From positions 64,001-128,000 of the IMG/VR virus record IMGVR_UViG_3300017917_002765: a DNA stretch of 64,000 bases; one strand, 5' to 3'. Of this stretch, positions 17,829 through 26,426 are shown piece by piece. Below the pieces are notes generated by a model, which saw only the letters and a program-made list of their open reading frames with translations, ran no database searches and was not told the DNA's origin. The position numbers and the translations under genes are program-made. This stretch comes from a virus. Numbering within the stretch: position 1 is the first letter of the stretch; the number at the start of each line of letters is the position of its first letter.

Positions 17829-18435
17829 AGTTTTCTATGTTGTTTTTAAATATATCAAAATCCCAAGTTGGACTAGGGTCTGTAAAATGTCTTTCTAAAT
17901 TGCTTTTATACAATACACCACTATAGTTGGCCAAAATATCTATTTTGGTATTATGGCCTACACAAGTTAGTGGTATAGAAAATCTATCACACAGAACCCT
18001 TGTTAAGTTTATTGTCGCACTAAGCTGCTTATTGGTGTATTGTGTCCAGAAACTAAACCCTCTCCACTTTTTAGCAACAATTTTATGTGACTCTATATAA
18101 ATATCATTAAAACAATTAAGATACTGGTCTTTTTCAACATTTCTAGTTAACCACCCATCATTTTCTAGTAAAATAATAATACTCTTTAGATTTTGTTCGT
18201 AATTTTTAAAATATCTTGAATAATATTTCGGGTCAAAATGTTCATATATTATACCATCAAAAGATATTGTATAATGAGCAGTCTTTTTGTATTGACCATT
18301 ATTTCTATGTAACCACCCTTTATAATGACGCATATCGCTATTGAATGTATTCCCGATAACTATTTGAGACTTTCCAGTTTCGGTTAAGATATAATTTTGA
18401 ATTGGTAGTTGATATGTTTTATTATCTATTTGCAT
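17812..18435 (-). CDS. N-acetylmuramoyl-L-alanine amidase-like protein (Amidase_2 fold, degenerate)
   Basis: AHYTISFDGIIYE, YTNKQL, VGH and DPSP motifs are present. The first Zn-ligand His position reads IVIGNT. Confidence 0.7.
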   Translation of the reverse strand: MQIDNKTYQLPIQNYILTETGKSQIVIGNTFNSDMRHYKGWLHRNNGQYKKTAHYTISFDGIIYEHFDPKYYSRYFKNYEQNLKSIIILLENDGWLTRNVEKDQYLNCFNDIYIESHKIVAKKWRGFSFWTQYTNKQLSATINLTRVLCDRFSIPLTCVGHNTKIDILANYSGVLYKSNLERHFTDPSPTWDFDIFKNNIENYERTN

Positions 18436-19619
18436 CAGTCACGTTTAAAAAAAACTTTGTTATTATCTCCGTTTTTAACTATTTTTTGTGAACCAATTCT
18501 TTCTATAGTATTGTTTTTTGCTTTAGGTATGGGTATTGAAAATCCTCTGTCTTTTACTTCTTTTATATCCTCAACAGTTATCTTACCATTTGGTACGACT
18601 GGTTCCCTTTGTTTAATAGGTTCATCAGAAACATCAATTGGTTCTTGAGGTACAAAACCTTGAATTACTTCTTCTTCTATTGGTTTTTCTATAATAGGTT
18701 CAATAGTGTCTTCGTCATCATGTTGGTCATCAATCATTATTGGTTCTTCTTCTGGTTCAGATTCCTCAATTGATTTATCTAGGATATTTTTTACTTTAAC
18801 TTCTTTCTTTTGCTCTGAAGAAATACTCTCATCTTCTATTTCAAACACTCTATTTGTAAGCAAAACCAAAGCAATTGCCAATGGGTCGAATACAAATATG
18901 AATAACAAAATTAATATGTTTACTACTTTACCCATAGGGTAACCAGTTATTTCAGCTATGTATTTTAAAGGACCAACTTCAGCACCAACACTGCTATTAG
19001 CTGTCATTTCTAACCCATTTACCGTATAGAGAGAAATGGAATCAGATAATGAAACATTTTTGTTGTTTAAAACATCAATATCAGTACTTAATTTTTGAAT
19101 CTCATCAGTCGCAATTTGAATATCTTTTCTAACCTTATCCTTAGCAAAACCACTCTTTGCACTATCCAACCTAACTTCTTGTGTGTTTCGTAAATTAGTT
19201 AATTGTTCAATACGCTTATTTTTACTATCAATTATCTTTTGATTATCATCAATTGATTTTTGAAACAAGCCTTTTTTACTATCTAATATACCTAACCTAC
19301 CATTTTCTATTTCTAGTTGACTAGCCGTTTTTTGGTAAGCATTAGACAAAAAACCATAAATACCAGCAGATGTAATCAACATCAATACGCTAACAGCAAT
19401 AACTAAATAAAATTTCAAGTAATTGTTAATTTTACCCCAATATCTGTGTAAAGCTGTTGTTGCTACAACCTTGCTAAATTCTAAAACACTTGCCATTAAA
19501 ATTACTGATAGAGAAGCCCCAGCAAATAATTTACTCAAACCCCATACCGAAAAATAAGCGGCACATAAAGCAACTGCTAAAGATAATGTTAAAATAACAT
19601 AACTAAATTTTAATTTCAT
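18435..19619 (-). CDS. multi-TM coiled-coil membrane protein
   Basis: Three N-terminal TMs, a coiled coil, a further TM (FVFDPLAIAL) and an acidic tail. A late motif lies at 19635-19642. Confidence 0.8.
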   Translation of the reverse strand: MKLKFSYVILTLSLAVALCAAYFSVWGLSKLFAGASLSVILMASVLEFSKVVATTALHRYWGKINNYLKFYLVIAVSVLMLITSAGIYGFLSNAYQKTASQLEIENGRLGILDSKKGLFQKSIDDNQKIIDSKNKRIEQLTNLRNTQEVRLDSAKSGFAKDKVRKDIQIATDEIQKLSTDIDVLNNKNVSLSDSISLYTVNGLEMTANSSVGAEVGPLKYIAEITGYPMGKVVNILILLFIFVFDPLAIALVLLTNRVFEIEDESISSEQKKEVKVKNILDKSIEESEPEEEPIMIDDQHDDEDTIEPIIEKPIEEEVIQGFVPQEPIDVSDEPIKQREPVVPNGKITVEDIKEVKDRGFSIPIPKAKNNTIERIGSQKIVKNGDNNKVFFKRD

Positions 19620-19650
19620 AACATTCTTTTTTTAATAAATATCTAAAACA

Positions 19651-19672
19651 AAAAAGGGCATTAGCCCTTTTT
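19651..19672 (-). terminator. intrinsic terminator
   Basis: AAAAAGGGC-atta-GCCCTTTTT right after the sigma gene. Confidence 0.85.
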
Positions 19673-19673
19673 A

Positions 19674-20501
19674 TTATTCATTAAGTAGAACATACAAATC
19701 GTGGGCATTATTGCGTAGTTTACGAATTGCTTTCTCTTTTATTTGTCTTATTCTTTCTTTTGTTAAACCATATCTCTCACCAATCGCTTCCAATGTCATT
19801 GGTTCGCAATCAATGTTTATACCAAAATATGATTCAATTATCGCTCTTTCTCTATCATTTAATACTGATAATGCGTTATTTATTTCATCCCTAAGTCTAT
19901 TATCAACAACAAACATTTCTTCATCAACGTTGTCTGGAATAAGTTCAATAAGTTCATCACCATCTTCATTTATAACTTCATTTAATGATGTGTGTCTAGG
20001 ATAAGTAACTAAACTTATCGCTTCGTTTTCTTTGTCAAATATTTCACCAAATATTGGTTCCCTTTCATTCTCAAGTTCAAACTTTGCTATTTCTTTATTT
20101 AATTGTAAAATCCTATTGATTACATTGGCTGGTAATCTTACGACTCTAGCATTATCATTCAAACTTTGGATAATTGATTGCTTAACCCACCATACGGCAT
20201 ATGAAATAAATCTAAAACCTTTGTTATGGTCAAATTTTGTTGCTGCTTTTATTAATCCGTAATTACCTTCATTTATTAAGTCTGATAACGGTAAACCCTG
20301 TCCTTGATATTCTTTTGCTATTGAAACAACAAACTTTAAGTTTGCATTTACTAATTTATTTATAGCATTTTGGTCACCATTTTTTATTTTTTTAGCTAAT
20401 TCAATTTCTTCGTTCTGTGTTAATATAGTTGATTTTCTTACATCTTTAAAATACTTCCCTAAACTGTCATCGTTGTTAAAGTTTACAAATTTTTTACTCA
20501 T
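19674..20501 (-). CDS. sigma-70 family RNA polymerase sigma factor (Bacteroidota RpoD-like, no region 1.1)
   Basis: ANLKFVVSIAKEY, DLINEGNYGLIKAA, GFRFISYAVWW and RVVRLP motifs. Region 4 reads TLEAIG...TKERIRQIKEKAIRKLR. Confidence 0.92.
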   Translation of the reverse strand: MSKKFVNFNNDDSLGKYFKDVRKSTILTQNEEIELAKKIKNGDQNAINKLVNANLKFVVSIAKEYQGQGLPLSDLINEGNYGLIKAATKFDHNKGFRFISYAVWWVKQSIIQSLNDNARVVRLPANVINRILQLNKEIAKFELENEREPIFGEIFDKENEAISLVTYPRHTSLNEVINEDGDELIELIPDNVDEEMFVVDNRLRDEINNALSVLNDRERAIIESYFGINIDCEPMTLEAIGERYGLTKERIRQIKEKAIRKLRNNAHDLYVLLNE

Positions 20502-20586
20502 TAAATTTTAATTTTTCATAGTGTGTTGTTATGTGTTTTAGTTAATAAAATATACGAAAAAAACAATAAAAGTCAAGCTTTTAAGG

Positions 20587-21039
20587 TTATTTTGTTTTGT
20601 TTAAAATGTCTCTTATTTTGGCCGCTTTTTCATAATCTTCACAATCCAAAGCATCTTTTAATTGTTCTTCTAAACTTGGTTTGTTTTGCTTTGTTTTAAC
20701 AGTTTTTGTATGTGATGATAATTCAATCGCCTCTTCAAAATTTTTAGTTAATTGTTCTGGATTTACATGTTTTAAAAAACCAAAAAGACCTTCATGTATT
20801 GGTTTTTTAAGTATATGGTAACCAGATGATTCTTTATCTAAGTCAAACACTAAAAAACTTCGTTTGTTTTCAATAAACCATTCTGTTAGTTCATTGGGCT
20901 CAGCCAATGATGAAAATGTAGCAATAAGAATACCTTTTGCATCCAAAATGTTTGGTGTGGTTTCGCTAATCTTTTGAATCTCAGCTTGTACTCCTAGGGT
21001 ATCACCCATAACCACAATACAATAATTCCTAAATTTCAT
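20587..21039 (-). CDS. protein with C-terminal UVR (UvrB/UvrC) motif
   Basis: LEEQLKDALDCEDYEKAAKIRDIL. Promoter box TACTTTTG at 21054-21061. Confidence 0.75.
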   Translation of the reverse strand: MKFRNYCIVVMGDTLGVQAEIQKISETTPNILDAKGILIATFSSLAEPNELTEWFIENKRSFLVFDLDKESSGYHILKKPIHEGLFGFLKHVNPEQLTKNFEEAIELSSHTKTVKTKQNKPSLEEQLKDALDCEDYEKAAKIRDILNKTK

Positions 21040-21084
21040 TGTTTATATTTTAACAAAAGTACAATTTTATTCTAACTTTTACAA

Positions 21085-23448
21085 CTATTTCAATACAAAA
21101 TTTGAAATGTTTGCCACTTTATTGACCGTAATGACATTTTCACCCCAATCACGAACAAGGTCATTGTGTGTAATCAAGAAGACAATTTCATACATGTCTT
21201 TTATTTTATCAAACAATGTTTTTAGTTTTTCAAGGTTCTCTGGTGCTACTTTACCTAAAACCTCATCAAACGTGATGAAATTAGGCATTGGCAAAGTTGA
21301 TAATTTACCCAATACACTTCTCAAAGCTAAACTGGCGGATGTTTTTTCAAAACCACTGGCAGATTTTAATAACTTTGAAGTTTCATCCTTATTAATCAAA
21401 AACTGAACATCGTTCTTATCATCTATAAATATCTCAACTTCAAAATCGCAAACGTCTTCCAACAATCTTTGAACCTCTGAATTTATGATTGGTAGTACCG
21501 ACCTTAATACCAATTTGCTAATACCTTTCTTACCAACCAATTCAATGTAAACCTTGAATATCTTTTCAATTTCCTCTTCTTTTTTGATTGTTTCGATTAG
21601 CTTAGTTTTGGTTGTTATGGCTTCTTTATGTTGTTTTATTTCGCTAGCAACACGTTCTATTTTAGTTATCGTTTCGTCTTTTGTATGTTCAAACACAGCA
21701 ATATCAGTTTTTACCTTAGAAACTGCCATATCTATACGCTTATTATGCTCAATAGCCTCAAGATTAAGATTATACTTCTTCAAATCATTCATCTTAGAAA
21801 CAACCTTGTTTCTTAATCCACCAATTTCAACTTCAAGTCTATCTCTATCTAATTCTAATCGGTTTTTCTGGTCTACCTTAACCTTTATTTGGTTTAATTC
21901 AGCCAAGTTATTGGTGAGTTCAACCAGTTTTTCACCTATAGCCAATAAATCTTCCCCTTTCTTGCTGATTTCAGCGTTGTGTTTATTGATGTGTTCGGTA
22001 TTATCCACATTATCTAACTTCCTATTACAAGATTGACAGATACCACCAGCAATCAAATCCTTAACAACACGTTGTAAACGGGAAATATCAGATTCAATAA
22101 CCGCCTTTTCAGATGAAAATGTGTTGAATTGTTTGGTATATTGGTGATGTAAATCTTCATCAAACTCAATCACACCCATATCTGTTATGGTATTACTTAG
22201 ACTTTCAATCCTAGCCTTTAGTTCTTTACCTTTTAATGTCAAAGAATCAACTTCTTCTTGTAACTTTGACGGGTTCATGGCCGATATGGTTACATCAATT
22301 TTTTCTTTGCTGTTTAACAACGAATCATTCTCATCTTTTAACGATTCAATCTTTGTTTTTGCTTCTTCAAGACGATTTTTAAGAATACTGTTCAACTCTT
22401 CATTCTCAGCTATCTTGACTTCGTGTTCGGTAATATCATTTGTAAGAGAGATAACATCGTATTCGTTAGACTTTTTCTTACGAGAGAATTCGTTATACAT
22501 TTCCCTAACAGCTGCTTCTTTCATTTCCAGTATTTCAAGCCCTATAAGTCTAGTTAATACTTTACCAGATTCGGTAGTAGTTAACCCTATAAGGTCGTCT
22601 AAGTTCTTTTCTGTCGCCAAAACTAGCATTTCAAAGTCCTTCTCATTACCTATTGTTTCCCTAAGTCTAGCAGTTGTCTTTTTAGCATCTTCATCATTCA
22701 ATTCTTGCTCTTCACCATCTGGCAATAGTTTATAGTAGTTAACCTTGTTTACAACAGTCCACCCACCAGCTTTCTTTGCTGTTCTTTTCATCTTACGTTC
22801 AATGATTATTTCTTCACCCTCTATTTCAATCATACCTCTAACTACCAATTCATTCTTACCACTAAACGTATTAAAAACTTCTTCGTTTTTATCTGTCTTG
22901 GTTGTGGTACCATGAAGTAAGAATTTCATTGCATCTATTGTAAGAGTTGTTTTACCCCCTTGGTTAGGTGGGTTTGAATTAACAATTGTTAATCCTTTTA
23001 CCTTACTAAAAGGTAGATAATTGTTCTCACCAAATGATAAGAAGTTATCTATCATAACCCACTTTATAGACCAACTTCTATGTTGAGATTGCGTCAGGTC
23101 CACATTAAGTTGACCATTTACTTTATCATCCAACGCAATGATTCTATCAAAATCAATGTTTTTACCGTCTCTGGTGATGAGTTCTTTCATCAATGCTCTT
23201 TGATAGTTAACATCCATGATGTTCTCTATATTAGCACCAGTTATTTCGATTGTCTCACCCTTATCAGTATATTTTACTGGTCGATAAACAACAATAATGT
23301 TATTCTTGTTTACCCCATACTTTTTAGCAAAGTAATTCTTAACCTTATTCTTAGCTTCCTTTGAATAGTTATGGGGCTGGTCGTCCCAATAAACCTTTAT
23401 CTTTGAATAAGGTGAAATCTTAATGTTTTTTTCTAATGTTGTTTCCAT
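21085..23448 (-). CDS. SbcC/Rad50/gp46-like SMC ATPase
   Basis: Walker A NQGGKTT, zinc hook CQSC, signature ASGFEK, Walker B FDEV and H-loop ITH. It has an extra ~125 aa N-terminal region. Confidence 0.92.
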   Translation of the reverse strand: METTLEKNIKISPYSKIKVYWDDQPHNYSKEAKNKVKNYFAKKYGVNKNNIIVVYRPVKYTDKGETIEITGANIENIMDVNYQRALMKELITRDGKNIDFDRIIALDDKVNGQLNVDLTQSQHRSWSIKWVMIDNFLSFGENNYLPFSKVKGLTIVNSNPPNQGGKTTLTIDAMKFLLHGTTTKTDKNEEVFNTFSGKNELVVRGMIEIEGEEIIIERKMKRTAKKAGGWTVVNKVNYYKLLPDGEEQELNDEDAKKTTARLRETIGNEKDFEMLVLATEKNLDDLIGLTTTESGKVLTRLIGLEILEMKEAAVREMYNEFSRKKKSNEYDVISLTNDITEHEVKIAENEELNSILKNRLEEAKTKIESLKDENDSLLNSKEKIDVTISAMNPSKLQEEVDSLTLKGKELKARIESLSNTITDMGVIEFDEDLHHQYTKQFNTFSSEKAVIESDISRLQRVVKDLIAGGICQSCNRKLDNVDNTEHINKHNAEISKKGEDLLAIGEKLVELTNNLAELNQIKVKVDQKNRLELDRDRLEVEIGGLRNKVVSKMNDLKKYNLNLEAIEHNKRIDMAVSKVKTDIAVFEHTKDETITKIERVASEIKQHKEAITTKTKLIETIKKEEEIEKIFKVYIELVGKKGISKLVLRSVLPIINSEVQRLLEDVCDFEVEIFIDDKNDVQFLINKDETSKLLKSASGFEKTSASLALRSVLGKLSTLPMPNFITFDEVLGKVAPENLEKLKTLFDKIKDMYEIVFLITHNDLVRDWGENVITVNKVANISNFVLK

Positions 23449-23475
23449 TATCGTTCTCCGTATAAATTTTATTTA

Positions 23476-23483
23476 CAAATATA
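23476..23483 (-). promoter_or_regulatory. -7 promoter box TATATTTG for the Rad50-like gene
   Basis: TAnnTTTG with TTGCA about 19 nt upstream. Confidence 0.6.
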
Positions 23484-23555
23484 CTAATATTTTATGTCTT
23501 TTGCAACTTTATTACATATTTATATGTGTATAACAAACTTTTAAAATGTAATACA

Positions 23556-24317
23556 ATGGAATTATTTAATTATCAACTAGATTTATTAGAATCTTATAAA
23601 ACAAATCGATTTGTTTTGGTTAAACATAGTCGACAAATGGGTATAACCACCACTATTATCGAACACATAATCTATTTATTATTAGATAACAAAAAACATA
23701 AAATTACGCTAATAACACCAAGCTTATCTGTTGGTAAAGAAATTCTAAATAAAATTAGGGTTGACGCTAGAATTATACACGCTGGTGTTTTTGACCAAAA
23801 AACAAATAAAATAGTGCTTAAAAACAATAACCAAATTAAAATAGGTCATAATTCTTGTGTGTTTCGTGGTGAAATAGTTACCGATGTTATTATTGATAAC
23901 GGGTGTTTTCTTAAAAACTTAAATGATGTTATTAGTAACGCAAAAGTAAACATCACCCAAAATTATGGTTCTATTATAATAGTTTCTTCAAATAAAAAAG
24001 GATTTACTTATTTTAATGAACTGTTTAATAAAACAGATAATCTATTCAAAAAACATTTAATCCATTGGCATATGAATCCTAATTATGATGAAAAATGGTA
24101 TGAAGAAATTAAAAATTTATATTTTGATAGTGATAAATTAAAATGTGAATATGATTTAATTGACATCGAAGAAACCAAAAAAACAAAAGATAGATTAATA
24201 AGTTTTCGCTTAACTGACGACATATACACCATTTTAACTGAAAATTTACTAAAAAGAGACATGTCATTGTCTGAATATTTAAGATTGTTAATTAAAAAAG
24301 ATTTCAATGGAAAATAA
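23556..24317 (+). CDS. terminase large-subunit ATPase-like domain fused to a C-terminal ribbon-helix-helix
   Basis: LFNYQ (Q motif), KHSRQMGITT (Walker A region), VIIDNG (Walker B with DN), and HWHMNP. The C-terminus ISFRLTDDIY...SLSEYLRLLI is RHH-like. There is no nuclease domain. ATATTTAT lies at 23516-23523. Confidence 0.7.
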   Translation: MELFNYQLDLLESYKTNRFVLVKHSRQMGITTTIIEHIIYLLLDNKKHKITLITPSLSVGKEILNKIRVDARIIHAGVFDQKTNKIVLKNNNQIKIGHNSCVFRGEIVTDVIIDNGCFLKNLNDVISNAKVNITQNYGSIIIVSSNKKGFTYFNELFNKTDNLFKKHLIHWHMNPNYDEKWYEEIKNLYFDSDKLKCEYDLIDIEETKKTKDRLISFRLTDDIYTILTENLLKRDMSLSEYLRLLIKKDFNGK

Positions 24318-25002
24318 TTGTAACACTAAAAAATGCACCAAATGTAATGAGATTAAAAACATTTCTGAATTTGGTTATGATAAAAAAGGAAAATATTTTG
24401 TTAAGTCAGTGTGTAAAGTATGTAAACGAAAAATAGATAAATATTATGTTACTCATAATAAAACAAGTGTGGTAAATTCTTTAAAAAAATACCATAAGAG
24501 TGAAAAAGGAAAACAAACATTGAAAAAGTCTAGGGTTAAGTGGCGTGAAAATAATAGAGAAACATATTTAAAGTCTAGTAAAAAAAGTAATTTAAAATTT
24601 CGTTTAAACAATAAAGAAAAAATTAATTTTTGGTTTAGGGAAAAGAGAAAAACTGACCCAATTTTTAAATTAAGTTGCAATATTAGGTCTAGCATTTACA
24701 CTAGCTTAAAAGAAAATAAATTAATTAAAAATTCTAAAACACATGAAATACTTGGGTGCTCTTTTGAGCAACTTAAACAACACCTTGAAAGTAAATTTGA
24801 GTCTTGGATGAATTGGGATAATTATGGTAAATACAATGGTGAATTGAATCATGGATGGGATATTGACCATATAATTCCAATATCAACTGCGGTGACGGAA
24901 GAAGATGTTATTAGGTTAAATCATTATAGTAATTTACAACCATTATGTAGTTATGTTAACCGAGTAATTAAACGTGATTACACTACTCATGTTTCACCAT
25001 AA
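24307..25002 (+). CDS. HNH endonuclease with N-terminal zinc finger
   Basis: CTKC...CKVC, ILGCSFEQLKQHLESKF..WMNWDNYG, WDIDHIIP and NHYSNLQPL..N motifs. Confidence 0.85.
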   Translation: MENNCNTKKCTKCNEIKNISEFGYDKKGKYFVKSVCKVCKRKIDKYYVTHNKTSVVNSLKKYHKSEKGKQTLKKSRVKWRENNRETYLKSSKKSNLKFRLNNKEKINFWFREKRKTDPIFKLSCNIRSSIYTSLKENKLIKNSKTHEILGCSFEQLKQHLESKFESWMNWDNYGKYNGELNHGWDIDHIIPISTAVTEEDVIRLNHYSNLQPLCSYVNRVIKRDYTTHVSP

Positions 25003-25373
25003 ATATCCTTATTCTTTTTCTTTAATTTTTCAACAGCCAATTCTTTGTTAAGTTGTTCAATTGATTGGTTAGCTTTACTCAAATCAATTTGAGAATCCTC
25101 ATAAAGCTTTATGTATTTCTTAAGGTTTTCAGCAACCTCATCATCAACCATAGTCACTGGGACTTCAACTATCTTTTCTACAATTTTTTCAACTGGAACC
25201 TCAACTATCTTTTCTACAATTTTTTCTTTGGTTGTTACCATCGGTGTTGAACCATATTTTTCAGAAGTAAAACCTTGTTTTAAAAGCTTTAATGTAAAAT
25301 CATCAATATTGGTTATATTGTTTACTCTACAATAATCCCATATCTCATTGTTCAGTTCCTTCGGTATTTCCAC
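24987..25373 (-). CDS. hypothetical protein with VEKIVEVPV repeats and coiled coil
   Basis: The probable start is the GTG at 25373. Contains a tandem 36-bp repeat. Confidence 0.7.
   Translation of the reverse strand: MEIPKELNNEIWDYCRVNNITNIDDFTLKLLKQGFTSEKYGSTPMVTTKEKIVEKIVEVPVEKIVEKIVEVPVTMVDDEVAENLKKYIKLYEDSQIDLSKANQSIEQLNKELAVEKLKKKNKDIYGET
25156..25226 (-). repeat. 36-bp-period tandem repeat encoding EKIVEKIVEVPV
   Basis: actgg.ac.tcaactatcttttctacaattttttc occurs twice. Confidence 0.9.
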
Positions 25374-25617
25374 GGCTATCAATATATTTTAATATGTTAT
25401 TTAGCTCTTCTTCTGATTGATGAAGAAATAACATTTCACCAAATTCTTCATCTATTTCTAAATGAATTATTGGTTTATCTATTCTGGCATAATATGCATC
25501 AAATCTAGCTACCTCTCCATTTACCAATTCAAATTCATCAAATTTTTCTGGTAATTTGTTTAAGAAAGCTTTTAACTCTCTAATTGTTATTCCTTTGTTT
25601 TCATTATTTTCACTCAT
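25345..25617 (-). CDS. hypothetical protein
   Basis: 90 aa, coupled by an ATGA overlap to the Mre11-like gene. Confidence 0.7.
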   Translation of the reverse strand: MSENNENKGITIRELKAFLNKLPEKFDEFELVNGEVARFDAYYARIDKPIIHLEIDEEFGEMLFLHQSEEELNNILKYIDSRGNTEGTEQ

Positions 25618-26426
25618 AAATTTGTTAATTTTTCTTCACCAGTCTCTAGGTCTTCCAAAGACTTTATTTTAAATTGATAATACGGATATTTGTTTTCAAC
25701 ATCATGTTCTGTAAATGTTTTTGATTCAACATCCCACAACAGAAACCCGTGGTTGCTTACATTCTCTCCAAAATTTTGTTGTATAAGTGATGATGGATAA
25801 GCCACCAATATACCTTTGTGATTGAAGACTTGTCTTTTATGTATATCACCCAATAAAACAAAATCACAACCCTCAAATTCATCTAATTCAGCTCCATGGT
25901 CAATTTCATAACCAATATCTGTTTTAGCGTTTATAAGCGGAGCATGAAATAACCCAATGTATGTTTTGTCGTTACCGAATTCATTTCTAGCCGCTTCAAT
26001 GTTTGGTCTTTTGTTTTCTTCAAATATTGAATAAACACACCAAACTATATTATCATCCAAATAACACTTGCTTTCTTTAAAGTAATTTATGTCGTTGTCT
26101 GGTAAGAATTGAACCATCGGTGTTATGCTATCCATGCGGTCTTTGTTATTTTCCAACAAATCATGGTTTCCAGCTATTAAAATTACTGGAGCTATCTTTT
26201 CTAAAGATTTCAATAGCCAAGTCCCAAGTATCAACTGTTCGTTTGAAATGATTATTTTCTGGTGAACTAGGTCACCAGCAATTACTATTCTTATTTCTTC
26301 TCTTTGATAATCTTTTACTAATTCTTTGATGTCTATCAAAAGTTGTTTAAAAACATCTTTATATTCATCATGTAATCTAAATGTTCTGATATGAATATCA
26401 GCCAAATGCACAATAGTTTTAACCAT
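25614..26426 (-). CDS. SbcD/Mre11/gp47-like metallophosphoesterase nuclease
   Basis: ADIH, AGDLVH, AGNHD, FHAP, LGDIH and YPSSLIQQNFGE motifs. It is short (270 aa). Confidence 0.9.
   Translation of the reverse strand: MVKTIVHLADIHIRTFRLHDEYKDVFKQLLIDIKELVKDYQREEIRIVIAGDLVHQKIIISNEQLILGTWLLKSLEKIAPVILIAGNHDLLENNKDRMDSITPMVQFLPDNDINYFKESKCYLDDNIVWCVYSIFEENKRPNIEAARNEFGNDKTYIGLFHAPLINAKTDIGYEIDHGAELDEFEGCDFVLLGDIHKRQVFNHKGILVAYPSSLIQQNFGENVSNHGFLLWDVESKTFTEHDVENKYPYYQFKIKSLEDLETGEEKLTNL

Larger units (their letters stand above)
23490..25002 (+). mobile_element. putative inserted HNH-associated cassette in inverted orientation (boundaries approximate)
   Basis: Two plus-strand genes inside a minus-strand operon, flanked by related gene-end sequences encoding DIYGET* and NLYGER*. 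Confidence 0.5.

Noticed and set aside
23556-24317. The genuine terminase large subunit
   Set aside because: It is too short, lacks the nuclease domain, has DN in Walker B, and sits inverted inside a recombination operon.
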